This document shows, one piece after another, positions 17,832 through 27,609 of a stretch of DNA of 64,000 nucleotides. The stretch is from assembly GCA_020629375.1 (NCBI GenBank), contig JAHDDK010000001.1, forward strand, positions 118,129 through 182,128. Reading direction: 5' to 3'. The DNA comes from Acidimicrobiales bacterium (GTDB taxonomy: Bacteria; Actinomycetota; Acidimicrobiia; Acidimicrobiales; SHLQ01). The notes beneath the pieces are model-generated. The model ran no database searches, was not told the origin of the DNA, and saw only the letters and a list, made by a program, of their open reading frames with translations. Position 1 is the first letter of the stretch, and each line of letters begins with the position of its first letter. The position numbers were made by a program, and so were the translations under genes.

Positions 17832-20135
17832 TCACCCCAGCGCGCCGATCGTCGCCTCGATGTTCTGCTCGACCGGTCCGTCGAATACGACCGTGTCGTC
17901 GCTGGTCCAACGCAGCTGGTCGGGGCGTGCGGTCGGCCGGGCGAAGATCATCACCGGCACCTGCTGATCGGCGGCGGCCACCGGCCGCTCGAGCGTCCAG
18001 CGAACCACCGTCGACTCGCCGGGGCCGATCGCCACAACCGTCGAGTACACCGACAAGCCGCCCTCATCGTCGGCCTCGACCGATCGTGTGGCGTCGTCGA
18101 CGCTGAACGAATGGAGCCCGAGGGTCGAGTACAGCGAAACGGTCATCCGGTTCGTTCCGGCCGACAGGCCCTGATCGTTTGAGCCGATCACGGCGTCGGG
18201 GAGCGGTGGGTCGGCTCCGAGGTCGGCGAGGTTGGTCAGCGTGGCCGTGACCGTGTGGCGAAGGGCCGGGCCGTCCAGAGTGTCGACGATCGCACTGTCG
18301 ATGTCGAGGCGTCGATCGAGCCACGCATCGATCTTGTTCTGCCCTGCGTTCTGGTGCGTGAGCGCCAAAACGTCACCACCGGCGGGAGCTTCGGCGAACG
18401 CGCCATCGATGCCGAGCCGGGAGAGCGCATCGGCCTCGGAGGGCCCGGGCATCCAGACACGAACGTGTCCTCGGCGAGCGAGCGGCGCGAGTTCAGAGGC
18501 GAACGCCAGCGGGTCCGGAGGAGACTCCAGAAGCGCCTTCAGGCCATCGTCGACCAACGCTGCCAACACGCGCTCGCGGCCGCCCTCGTCGTCGGCGAAG
18601 AGCCGATACTGGTCGCGCAACAGCAGGTCGCTCGCATTCGTGGCATTGACGTCGAGGTCGCCGACCCGGATCGGACCCGTGAACGACAAGACGACGTCGA
18701 ACACGAACGGATCGACGACGATCACGGCATCGGGCGCAACACCGGTCGCTTGTTCGTACAGCGACGCCGCCACCGCGGAGTTGGTCGGCCCGTGCGGATG
18801 AAGCGCGACATCTTGGATGTGGCGCTCGACACCGAAGCGTCCGTACCGGCGATCGAATTCGGGGAAGGTCGATGCGTCGATCGTCGCGCCAGCTTCCGCG
18901 AGGGCGTCGTTGAGGTCCTTCGATCGATCGACCGCCGCCAACGTCAACACTCCCCGCTCGATTCGCAGGTGAGCCCAACTTCCGATGAAGCCACCACCGG
19001 CGCGGGCTTCGGCCGGAGTCGAAAAGGCCAGGACGACGTTCGATTCGTCGGCGGTGAACAGATAGGCCGCTGCGTCGAGCCCATCGGCGCCGGCAGACAA
19101 CAGGTCGGCTGCGGGTTCGACGGTTGCGCGGGCCTCATCGAGGCGTTCGGCCACCATCGGAAGGAGCCACGGTGATCCCGACGAGTCGAGCTTGTCGCTG
19201 GCGGTGGTCGCGGTGTCGGCCAGCGCGCGCAACGCCGGCTGGATCGACCCCAATGCGATCGGATCGATTCCGCCATCTCGAACGATGGGACGTTCGTCGG
19301 CTCGGCCGATCACCGCCGACGCCGCTTCGGCCATCGCCGATGCCTGGCCAGCGGCGATCTGGCTCGACCGGACGTGTTGGCCAACGATCGGTACGGCCCG
19401 AGAAGGCAGCATCCACGGTCCGCTCAGACGCCGCTCAGCCCGGTTCCAGGTGGTTGCCGCGTCCTCGAACGAGTTCGCTGCCGAACGGAGCTCTCCGGCC
19501 CGGGCGTGATCGATGGCCTCCTCGGCGTGATCGAGGCCGGCGATCAAACTCGGCCGGGCTGACCACGCCATCGCGCCAGCAACGGTCGACGCGAGCAGCA
19601 CAGCTGCCATCGCTCCGAGCGCGGCCTGACGGAGACGTCGTCGACGTCGCCTGGATGTTCGGTGCCATCCGGTCACGAGCAACGGGATCGCCGCTGCGGC
19701 GGCCAGCAGCGTGCTCGAACCCGTGGCGAACGGTCCGACGCCCTGCGTCGCCATCGCCGGAATCGCCAACCCGACGATCAGACCCTTCATCGGCGCAGAC
19801 GTTCGTCGGCGCGTCGAAATCGCCACGCCTGCGAGCGCAGCCAGCGCGAGCAGTTGCCAGAGGAGCCCGCTGGCGAGCACGACAGCAGTTGCGCCCCACA
19901 CGGTCCGGGCCCACGTGCGTGCCCGAGCACCAAACCAGACGAGAGCTGCGCTCGCCCCGGCGACTTCGAGCACGTCGAACGCCGGGAGGCCTGTCGGTGA
20001 GGCAGGGGAGATGACTGCGGTGATCACCCCGATGCCGAGCGCGATCGGCTCGACGCCCCAACGTCGACGAGGCGGAGTCGGCGTCGTCACCTGATGGGTG
20101 ACAAAGACGTCGTCGATCTGGTGGATCACAGCCAT
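17832..20135 (-). CDS. DUF4012-domain membrane protein
   Basis: Multi-TM N-terminus, then FSTPAEARAGGGFIGSWAHLRIERG, the hallmark block of DUF4012 as I recall it. Start at the ATG at 20135 is uncertain (track start 20225). Confidence 0.75.
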   Translation of the reverse strand: MAVIHQIDDVFVTHQVTTPTPPRRRWGVEPIALGIGVITAVISPASPTGLPAFDVLEVAGASAALVWFGARARTWARTVWGATAVVLASGLLWQLLALAALAGVAISTRRRTSAPMKGLIVGLAIPAMATQGVGPFATGSSTLLAAAAAIPLLVTGWHRTSRRRRRRLRQAALGAMAAVLLASTVAGAMAWSARPSLIAGLDHAEEAIDHARAGELRSAANSFEDAATTWNRAERRLSGPWMLPSRAVPIVGQHVRSSQIAAGQASAMAEAASAVIGRADERPIVRDGGIDPIALGSIQPALRALADTATTASDKLDSSGSPWLLPMVAERLDEARATVEPAADLLSAGADGLDAAAYLFTADESNVVLAFSTPAEARAGGGFIGSWAHLRIERGVLTLAAVDRSKDLNDALAEAGATIDASTFPEFDRRYGRFGVERHIQDVALHPHGPTNSAVAASLYEQATGVAPDAVIVVDPFVFDVVLSFTGPIRVGDLDVNATNASDLLLRDQYRLFADDEGGRERVLAALVDDGLKALLESPPDPLAFASELAPLARRGHVRVWMPGPSEADALSRLGIDGAFAEAPAGGDVLALTHQNAGQNKIDAWLDRRLDIDSAIVDTLDGPALRHTVTATLTNLADLGADPPLPDAVIGSNDQGLSAGTNRMTVSLYSTLGLHSFSVDDATRSVEADDEGGLSVYSTVVAIGPGESTVVRWTLERPVAAADQQVPVMIFARPTARPDQLRWTSDDTVVFDGPVEQNIEATIGALG

Positions 20136-20255
20136 CACCGCCCCCAGTCGGCGGCGCCACCTGATCCGTGAGGCCCAGACGGGTAGATCATCCGATCCGG
20201 GAAAAACCACCCAGTGTGGCCTCATGATGCTGTGAACCGCGCCGACAGATCACCG

Positions 20256-22109
20256 ATGGCAACGATCGATCTACGCGAGCGGAGTGGGCACGCGTCCCCC
20301 AGGGGCCGCACGGCCCCTGGGGCCGAACTCCGGCGCACCCTCCGAAGTGCACGTGTGGCCGCGGACTCGCTCATGTGGACCGCAGCCGTCCTTCTCGGCG
20401 CTGTCGGCGCCGGAACCTCTCTACGCCATGGGATGATGGCTGGGGCAACGGCGGCCGTCATCAATCTCGTCATTGGCTGGGTCAGTGGGCTGTATCGCGG
20501 CCGATGGCGGATCGCGAGCTACGACGAAGCAATCGCGCTCGCAGCCGTCTCCTTCATGGTTGCGGTGGTCTTGCTCACGGTGAAGTGGGCGCTCGCCCTC
20601 GCCGGCGTCACCGTCGGCATCAATCTCCTCTCCCCATTCGCCGCCCTGTGCGGAATGGCCTCAGTGCGGGCCTGGCATCGCTCGAATCGGCGCCGACGAG
20701 GTCGCACGCTCGACGATCGAATCCCCGTCCTGATCTTCGGCGCAGGCGACGGTGGAGCACAGACCATCGCCGCAATGCACCACAACTCGCGGGCCAAGTA
20801 CCGCCCCATCGCGCTTCTCGACGACGATCCTTCCAAGCGAAATCTCCGTCTCGGCGGTGTACCGGTGGTCGGTACACGGCACCAGCTGGCGAGCATCGCC
20901 GCGCAGTCCGGATGCTCCGTTCTCGTCATCGCAATACCGAGCGCCGGTGCGCCCGTGATTCGTGAAGTCGCACAAGCAGCCGATGACGCGGGACTCGATG
21001 TCCGCATCCTTCCGCCCACCCAGGAGCTCGTCGACGGCATCGTTCGCCTCGAGGACATTCGGACCCTGACCAACGACGACCTGCTCGGGCGTCGTGTGAT
21101 CGACATGGACCTCGCCGCCATCGCCGGCTATCTGCGAGGCCGTCGAGTGCTCGTGACCGGCGCCGGTGGATCCATCGGATCCGAGCTGTGCCGACAAATC
21201 GCCCGTTTCGAACCCGAGACCCTCGTCATGGTCGACCGAGACGAATCCGGCCTGCACAGCGTGCAGTTGTCGCTCGAAGGCCGAGCGCTGCTCGACGAAC
21301 GCACACTCGTCGTTGCCGACATCCGCGACGGTTCGCGCATCGCCGAGGTATTCGCCGAACACGCACCGAACGTCGTGTTCCATGCAGCCGCGTTGAAGCA
21401 CCTGCCATTGCTCGAGATGTACCCCTCTGAAGCGTGGAAGACGAACGTGGAGGGCACGAACAACGTCCTTCGAGCCGCGGCGCAGGTGGGCGCCACCCAT
21501 GTCGTCAACATTTCGACCGACAAGGCCGCCGCGCCGAGCAGTGTGCTCGGATACAGCAAGCGCGTCGCCGAGTTGCTCACCGCCTGGTATGCGAACCGTG
21601 CGCACGGCGATTGGGTCAGCGTTCGGTTCGGGAATGTGCTCGGATCTCGTGGCTCGGTTCTCGAGGCATTCCGAGCGCAGGTGGCAGCCGGTGGACCGAT
21701 CACCGTGACCCACCCCGATGTGACCCGCTACTTCATGACTCCCGTCGAGGCCTGCCAGCTGGTGATCCAGGCCGCAGCGGTTGGATCTCGTGGTGAGGCG
21801 CTCGTGCTCGACATGGGTGAGCCGGTGCGGATCCTCGACGTCGCCAAGCGCCTCGCCGACAACGCCCGGACACCGATCGACATCGAGTTCACGGGACTTC
21901 GTCCTGGCGAGAAGTTGCATGAGGATCTCATTGGCGAAGGGGAGCTCGACATCCGTCGATCACACCCGTTGATCTCACACGTCGCGGTGCCGACGCTCGC
22001 ACCAACGCAACTCGGTTTGTTCGACGAGGCCTCGAATGAGCGGGCCCGTCGTTCGATGGAGGTCCTCGCCGCACACGACGACGCCTCCACCCCCGTCGTC
22101 CATCTGTAA
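20256..22109 (+). CDS. membrane-bound polysaccharide biosynthesis protein CapD/WbpM/PglF type (NDP-sugar 4,6-dehydratase)
   Basis: Start at the ATG at 20256. Four N-terminal TM segments, VLIFGAGDGG, VLVTGAGGSIGSEL, and ISTDKAA for the catalytic region. Confidence 0.9.
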   Translation: MATIDLRERSGHASPRGRTAPGAELRRTLRSARVAADSLMWTAAVLLGAVGAGTSLRHGMMAGATAAVINLVIGWVSGLYRGRWRIASYDEAIALAAVSFMVAVVLLTVKWALALAGVTVGINLLSPFAALCGMASVRAWHRSNRRRRGRTLDDRIPVLIFGAGDGGAQTIAAMHHNSRAKYRPIALLDDDPSKRNLRLGGVPVVGTRHQLASIAAQSGCSVLVIAIPSAGAPVIREVAQAADDAGLDVRILPPTQELVDGIVRLEDIRTLTNDDLLGRRVIDMDLAAIAGYLRGRRVLVTGAGGSIGSELCRQIARFEPETLVMVDRDESGLHSVQLSLEGRALLDERTLVVADIRDGSRIAEVFAEHAPNVVFHAAALKHLPLLEMYPSEAWKTNVEGTNNVLRAAAQVGATHVVNISTDKAAAPSSVLGYSKRVAELLTAWYANRAHGDWVSVRFGNVLGSRGSVLEAFRAQVAAGGPITVTHPDVTRYFMTPVEACQLVIQAAAVGSRGEALVLDMGEPVRILDVAKRLADNARTPIDIEFTGLRPGEKLHEDLIGEGELDIRRSHPLISHVAVPTLAPTQLGLFDEASNERARRSMEVLAAHDDASTPVVHL

Positions 22110-22110
22110 T

Positions 22111-22129
22111 GAGAGGGTCAGACCCTCTC
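22111..22129 (+). terminator. GC hairpin after the capD-like gene (same GGGTC-GACCC core as 13868-13927)
   Basis: gagagggtc-a-gaccctctc lies 2 nt after the stop codon. No U-tract. Confidence 0.4.
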
Positions 22130-22187
22130 GTGACGTCGGGCGTGATTCTGCGGTGAGCGGGTCAGGTCGCAGGAGTACGATCGGACG

Positions 22188-23606
22188 ATGATCGTCATTC
22201 GTGGAGGGACCGTTGTGTCGGCCACGGGAGCAGCCCCTGCCGACGTCGTCATCGATGGCGAACGCATCTCCGCGCTCCTCGCTCCCGGCTCCCTCCTCGC
22301 AACCGATGCGGCGGGCCGCGCCGACCGCATCATTGAGGCCGACGGGATGTACGTGCTTCCCGGCGGTGTCGACGTACACGTTCATCTCCAGCTCGAGATG
22401 ACTCCCGATGCCACCTCTGCCGACGACTTCACCACCGGCACGACCGCTGCCGCGTGGGGCGGGACGACAACGGTCATCGACTTCGCCGGGCAACAAGTCG
22501 GGATGGCCGTCGGCGACGCCATCGAGGCCCGACATGGCGAAGCCGACGGCCGGTGCGTCGTCGACTACGGGTTCCACCTGGCGATGGGCGACGTGCATCC
22601 GCAATCGCTGCTCGACCTCGGTGCCGCCATCGACGACGGCATCAGCAGCTGCAAGCTCTTCATGGCCTACCCGGGCGTTTGGTACTCCGACGACGGACAG
22701 ATCCTCGACGCCATGTTCCGGGCGAAGGACCTTGGCGCAATGGTGATGATGCATGCCGAGAACGGCATCGCCATCGACGTGCTCCGACGACGTGCCGGCG
22801 AGGCCGCCGCCCTCGATCCGGCATCTCTCGCCCCGGCGATGCACGGACGTACTCGGCCAGCGGTGCTCGAAGCCGAAGCGGTCAATCGCGCCGTGGCCCT
22901 TGCCGAGGTCGCCGAGGCGCCGCTCTACATCGTTCACCTCTCGTCGGCCGAAGCGCTCGAAGCCGTTGCCAGCGCCCGCCACGACGGCCGCAACGTGTTC
23001 GCCGAGACGTGCCCCCAGTACCTCCACCTGTCCTTCGAAGAGCATCTCGACCAGCACGGCATCGATGGTCTGCGACACATCTGTTCGCCCCCGCTTCGCT
23101 CCCAGCAAGGTCACGACGACCTGTGGCGGGGTCTTCGCACCGACCAGCTCTCCGTCGTCTCGACCGATCACTGTCCGTTCTGCGACAACGAGAAGCTGCT
23201 CGGTGCTACCGACTTCCGGGACACCCCCAACGGGCTCGGCTCGATCGAACATCGCATGGATCTGCTGCACCAGGGCGTGGTCGCTGACGAGATTTCTCTC
23301 GCTCGATGGGTCGACGTGTGCTCGACGACACCCGCCCGACTCTTCGGTATGTACCCCCGCAAGGGCGTCATCCAACCCGGCGCCGACGCCGACATCGTTC
23401 TCTACGACCCGGCCGCCCAGCACGTGCTCAGTGCAGAGACGCATCACATGGCGATCGACCACTCAGCATGGGAAGGCATGGCGATCACCGGTCAGGTCCG
23501 CACCGTGCTGTCACGCGGCAGCGTCGTGATCGACGACCGGACCTTCGTCGGCCGAGCGGGCCACGGACAGTTCGTGCGACGCGGCCTCAGTGAACTTCTC
23601 GTGTGA
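22188..23606 (+). CDS. dihydropyrimidinase / D-hydantoinase
   Basis: GGVDVHVHL metal site, SCKLFMAY (carboxylated-Lys block), MMHAENG, VHLSS and STDHCPF. Confidence 0.9.
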   Translation: MIVIRGGTVVSATGAAPADVVIDGERISALLAPGSLLATDAAGRADRIIEADGMYVLPGGVDVHVHLQLEMTPDATSADDFTTGTTAAAWGGTTTVIDFAGQQVGMAVGDAIEARHGEADGRCVVDYGFHLAMGDVHPQSLLDLGAAIDDGISSCKLFMAYPGVWYSDDGQILDAMFRAKDLGAMVMMHAENGIAIDVLRRRAGEAAALDPASLAPAMHGRTRPAVLEAEAVNRAVALAEVAEAPLYIVHLSSAEALEAVASARHDGRNVFAETCPQYLHLSFEEHLDQHGIDGLRHICSPPLRSQQGHDDLWRGLRTDQLSVVSTDHCPFCDNEKLLGATDFRDTPNGLGSIEHRMDLLHQGVVADEISLARWVDVCSTTPARLFGMYPRKGVIQPGADADIVLYDPAAQHVLSAETHHMAIDHSAWEGMAITGQVRTVLSRGSVVIDDRTFVGRAGHGQFVRRGLSELLV

Positions 23607-24315
23607 CCCCATTCGGGGCGACCGCAACGAGTCGAGTTGAGCCGAGGGAATCGGCCAAGGCCTCCACGAGATGAACGTTCGCAGACGTCACGCCCGTTGC
23701 CACGACGACCTGCCGGGCGAGCGCAGGCATGCCCTTCCGGCCACCACGAGGAGCCGTCAGCACCGTTGCCGCTCGTTCCGGGGTCAGCCGTGTCCAGGTT
23801 CCGCACCCGGCGACGGTCGCGACCCGGTCGGGGCGGAAACACACATCGGCGATGACATGACCGAGGGCCGTCGCTCCCAGATGATTGACGAGCAGTGACG
23901 TACGCCCCGGAATCACCGGCTCGAACGACGCCGGAGCTTTGAACGGCAAACCCCGACTGCCATCGGCCTCCACGACGATCTGATCGACGAACCCGGCCCA
24001 GCGGTCGACGACAGACGGCGGGAAGCCCATCGCTCGGCCATCGGCCGACGCCGCCCAGACGAGTGACGTTTGGCCCGCGCCCGTGGCCGCGCGCAGCTGG
24101 TCGTCGGTCGGTGAGTGCATCACGACCAGATCGCCGGTGCGATCGACACCCATCTTCGTGGTCGTGGTCAGGGCTGCGCCGCCGGGGAGCGTGCGGCCGA
24201 GTGCGAAGAGGGTGGATGTCTTCCCGCCGCCACCGACGAGCGAGATGACTTCACGCCGCCCGACTCCCAGGGCGCCAGCGAGATGGTTCTCGTCGATGAT
24301 CTCCACGAGGTCCAC
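23587..24315 (-). CDS. yqeC: YqeC-family accessory protein (selenium-dependent hydroxylase accessory, TIGR03172-like)
   Basis: ISLVGGGGKTSTLFALG P-loop, TTTTKM, and VEADGSRGLPFKAPASFEPVIP. Start chosen at the GTG at 24315 (VDLVEII...). The upstream 64 codons of the track ORF look non-coding. Confidence 0.75.
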   Translation of the reverse strand: MDLVEIIDENHLAGALGVGRREVISLVGGGGKTSTLFALGRTLPGGAALTTTTKMGVDRTGDLVVMHSPTDDQLRAATGAGQTSLVWAASADGRAMGFPPSVVDRWAGFVDQIVVEADGSRGLPFKAPASFEPVIPGRTSLLVNHLGATALGHVIADVCFRPDRVATVAGCGTWTRLTPERAATVLTAPRGGRKGMPALARQVVVATGVTSANVHLVEALADSLGSTRLVAVAPNGVTREVH

Positions 24316-24370
24316 GGTAGGGGAGCGCGGCGTGATGCTGTGTCCGAGCCCCGGCTGCGAGCCGAGGTGA

Positions 24371-25096
24371 TCAGAAGAGTCGACGAGCCGGAACGCCAGC
24401 GACGGTGGCACCGGGCTCGACGTCGACGGTGACGACCGCCCCCGCGCCGATGATCGCATCGTCGCCGATCGAAACGCCGGGCAACACGGTTGCGCCTGCA
24501 CCGACAAAGACGCGATCGCCGATCGTGACGGCTCCGGTCACCGTGGCTCCGGGACAGATCGTCACGTGATCGCCGACCATGACGTCGTGGGACACGGTCG
24601 AGCCGGTTCCGACGTGGCTGTGTCTGCCGAGACGAACGTTGGTGGTCACGTTCGAGCCGGGGGCGAGCACGACGCCGGGGCCGAGTTGGGTCACGGTGCC
24701 GATCGAGACCGTCGGATGGCGAAGCGCCTCACCCGCCTGCTGGCCGTACCGTGCATCGAGACGCGCTCGCATTGCGGGAGAGCCGACACCGATCCACACC
24801 TCGACGTCGGGACGACGAGCGATCGCCTCGGTCGAGCCGAGGTGTCGAAGTCCGCTGCGAGCGAGCAGCAGACGATCGGGTGTGTCGTCGTCGACGATGC
24901 CGAGGAGTTCGATCAGCGGGTCGCTCGTCGCACACGATCGAACGATGTCGGCCAGTTCGCGTCCGTGGCCTCCGGCGCCAATCACGACGAGCTGGCGAGT
25001 GACGTTGCGCGATTCGTGGGGGCCGGCCGATCTCGACGACCTCGACCGTCGACCAGGCCCGAGATCCGGGATGGGGCGGCTGCGGGTGGAGGTCAT
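24371..25096 (-). CDS. NeuD/PglD-family sugar N/O-acetyltransferase (left-handed beta-helix)
   Basis: Start at the ATG at 25096 in an ATGA overlap with the upstream stop. LVVIGAGGHGRELADI N-domain plus hexapeptide repeats (VGDHVTICPGATVTGAVTIGDRVFVGAGATVLPGVSIGDDAIIGAGAVV). Confidence 0.85.
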   Translation of the reverse strand: MTSTRSRPIPDLGPGRRSRSSRSAGPHESRNVTRQLVVIGAGGHGRELADIVRSCATSDPLIELLGIVDDDTPDRLLLARSGLRHLGSTEAIARRPDVEVWIGVGSPAMRARLDARYGQQAGEALRHPTVSIGTVTQLGPGVVLAPGSNVTTNVRLGRHSHVGTGSTVSHDVMVGDHVTICPGATVTGAVTIGDRVFVGAGATVLPGVSIGDDAIIGAGAVVTVDVEPGATVAGVPARRLF

Positions 25097-25704
25097 GCAG
25101 CCTCCTCGACCGGTTCGTCGAGTGCGAGTGGATCTTGGGGATCGTGACCGGATACCCCACGCAGATCGATGACGGCGGCGGGGGTTCGGGCGAGTTCGGT
25201 GAGGTAGCGAGCGACGCCCGCCTGTTCGATCCAGTCGAGATCCAGCGCGACGCGTGTCGGCCAGTCGATCTGATTGCGACCGGAGGTCTGTGCGGTTCCG
25301 GTCAGCCCGGGCCGAAGTCGGTGACGCTGTCGCTGCTGGTAGTCGAGGACGGCCGCTTGTTCGGGAAGCATCGGTCGAGGTCCGACCAGACTCATGCGCC
25401 CGCGGAGCACATCGATCAGCTGGGGGAGTTCGTCGAGCGACGTGCGCCGCAGCCAACCGCCGATCGGCGTGAACCGGTCGGGGTCGGGGATGAGCGGGTT
25501 GGGGCCGGTTGTCATCGTGCGGAACTTGTGCATCGTGAACGGCTTGCCATCGCGTCCCGCGCGGACTTGACGGAACAGGACCGGGCGACCGCTCGTGAGG
25601 CGCACCGCCACGCCGACGACGACGAGCACGGGTAGCCATACCGGCATCGTCGCCACGACAATGACGAGATCGAGGGCGCGGAGTCGGGTCTGGAGATCGA
25701 TCAC
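25093..25704 (-). CDS. small monotopic phosphoglycosyl transferase (PglC/WbaP C-terminal type sugar transferase)
   Basis: 203 aa with a re-entrant helix, then RPVLFRQVRAGRDGKPFTMHKFRTM, DELPQLIDVLRGRMSLVGPRP and PGLTG. GTGA overlap with the upstream gene. Confidence 0.9.
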   Translation of the reverse strand: MIDLQTRLRALDLVIVVATMPVWLPVLVVVGVAVRLTSGRPVLFRQVRAGRDGKPFTMHKFRTMTTGPNPLIPDPDRFTPIGGWLRRTSLDELPQLIDVLRGRMSLVGPRPMLPEQAAVLDYQQRQRHRLRPGLTGTAQTSGRNQIDWPTRVALDLDWIEQAGVARYLTELARTPAAVIDLRGVSGHDPQDPLALDEPVEEAA

Positions 25705-26663
25705 GTGGCCTCCAACACGATGTCGGCCGACGCGTTGGCGATGTGGCCGCGCATCCAGTCGATCGTCTCATCGAGGGCGGTATCGAACGGAGTTGGGTCG
25801 AGGTCGGCGATCAACGCCCGCAGAAGGGCATCGTCGGCTTGCGAGTGCGGCACGTCGCCTCGCCGACGCTCGACATGGTCGATCAGGAGTGGCTCGTCGA
25901 TGCGGATCGCCAACCGGTCGATTACGTCGTTGAGCGAGATCCGCGACCCGAATGCGAGGTTCACGGGATCGCCACTGACGACCTGGCGTTCGACAGCTTT
26001 CCGGAGCGTCGACACGACCGTGCCGACCGGGGTGAAGTCCCGAGATTGTGTGCCATCGCCGTGCACGATGAGCGGTGCGCCAGTGAGCGCTGCATGGACG
26101 AAGGCCGGGATGACCGCGGCGTAGGCGTGGCCAGGCATCTGACGTGGCCCGAACACGTTGAAGAAACGGAACGCCAACGTCGGTAGACCGAACGAGGTGC
26201 CGTGGCCCAGGGCATACGACTCGGCGGCGAGCTTCGAGGCGGCGTACGGACTCATCGGACGGGTGGCCGCCGACTCCTGTTTGGGGAGCACGGCGTTTGC
26301 GCCGTACACCGACGACGAGGAGGCGACGATGACGTGGCATCCGCCGTTGGTTCGGGCGGCTTCGAGCACATTCAGCGTGCCGGTTGCGTTCACCTCGTGA
26401 GAAGCATGCGGGTCGTCGAGTGATCGTGGGACCGACGACCGTGCCGCGAGATGCACGATCGCGTCGGCGGGTGCTGCGAGCTCGTCGACCGCCGATCGGT
26501 CGAGAATCGAGCCGACGCACAGCTGTGCGTTCGTTCCGGCGAGGTTGCTCCGAAAGCCCGTGGAGAGGTCGTCGAGCACGGCGACCTCATGGCCATGTGC
26601 CTCGAGTTCGCACACGAGATTCGAACCAATGAACCCGGCGCCGCCGGTGACCAGAACACGCAT
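25701..26663 (-). CDS. NAD-dependent NDP-sugar epimerase/dehydratase (4-epimerase-like)
   Basis: Start at the ATG at 26663 (MRVLVTGGAGFIGSNL). SSSSVYG, a YAASK catalytic dyad, and RFFNVFGPRQ. Confidence 0.9.
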   Translation of the reverse strand: MRVLVTGGAGFIGSNLVCELEAHGHEVAVLDDLSTGFRSNLAGTNAQLCVGSILDRSAVDELAAPADAIVHLAARSSVPRSLDDPHASHEVNATGTLNVLEAARTNGGCHVIVASSSSVYGANAVLPKQESAATRPMSPYAASKLAAESYALGHGTSFGLPTLAFRFFNVFGPRQMPGHAYAAVIPAFVHAALTGAPLIVHGDGTQSRDFTPVGTVVSTLRKAVERQVVSGDPVNLAFGSRISLNDVIDRLAIRIDEPLLIDHVERRRGDVPHSQADDALLRALIADLDPTPFDTALDETIDWMRGHIANASADIVLEAT

Positions 26664-26736
26664 GCCATCCAATCGGCGCAAAGGTCGCCGAGGTGAGTCG
26701 TTCGGCTCATGTCGCCGCGCCTCTACGATTCGTCCC

Positions 26737-27609
26737 ATGCCTGCCACCGAGCCCCACCTCTCGGTGATCATCTGCACCCGCAACGGCGCAGCCACGATCG
26801 GCGATCAACTCCGCTCGTTGGCCGCACAGACCATCGACCGGCCATGGGAGGTGCTCGTCGTCGACAACGGCAGCACCGACGACACCCTTTCGGTCGTGGC
26901 GTCGGTCGATCTGCGCGTGCCCGTCCGTGTCGTCGACGCCTCCGAACGTGCCGGGCTCGCCTATGCGCGCAACGTCGGCGTCCGCCACGCGGCTGCCCCT
27001 GCGGTGGCGTTCTGTGACGACGACGACGAAGTCGGTCCGACCTGGGCCGCCGCCATGGTCGACGCGCTCGACGCCCACGAGCTCGTCGCGGCTCGCCTCG
27101 TGTACGACCACCTGAACGACGCCACCGTCGCGGCCGGTCGATCGACCTTTCAGACCGAACGCGTCGAGACCCTCTTCGGGATCCCCGTGTGCGCCGGAGC
27201 GTGTGGGGTGCAGAAGCAGTTGTGGGAAGCGGCCGGAGGTAACGACGAAACCCTCACCGACACCGGCGAGGACTTCGACTTCGCCATGCGGGTGCACCGA
27301 CTCCATGGCGTCACACCACACTTCGCCCCCGACGCGGTGTATCACCATCGACTCCGCGGAGACACCGCTGGCACGTGGCGTCAGGCCGCCGCCTTCGGAC
27401 GTAGCCACGCCATGCTGTGGGCGCGTCACGGCGCAGGTCGAACCACCGGAAGTGGCGAACTGCGACACGCGGCGAAGGAATGGTGGTGGGTCCTTACCCG
27501 AGCGCCATTCGCGGCGGCCGGACGCAACCGGAGTGCGTGGGCCCGACGGGGCGGTCGCCGCTTCGGCCGTCTCCACGGATCGTTCCGACATCGCGTACTC
27601 GTTCCGTGA
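26737..27609 (+). CDS. GT2 glycosyltransferase
   Basis: Start at the ATG at 26737. LSVIICTRNGAATI, VVDNGSTDDT, FCDDDD. Confidence 0.85.
   Translation: MPATEPHLSVIICTRNGAATIGDQLRSLAAQTIDRPWEVLVVDNGSTDDTLSVVASVDLRVPVRVVDASERAGLAYARNVGVRHAAAPAVAFCDDDDEVGPTWAAAMVDALDAHELVAARLVYDHLNDATVAAGRSTFQTERVETLFGIPVCAGACGVQKQLWEAAGGNDETLTDTGEDFDFAMRVHRLHGVTPHFAPDAVYHHRLRGDTAGTWRQAAAFGRSHAMLWARHGAGRTTGSGELRHAAKEWWWVLTRAPFAAAGRNRSAWARRGGRRFGRLHGSFRHRVLVP

Noticed and set aside
24371-25771. 466-aa ORF suggesting a much longer acetyltransferase
   Set aside because: The N-terminal 225 codons are Arg/Pro-rich and overlap the PglC-like gene in another frame. An ATG at 25096 in an ATGA overlap gives a normal-sized NeuD/PglD protein.
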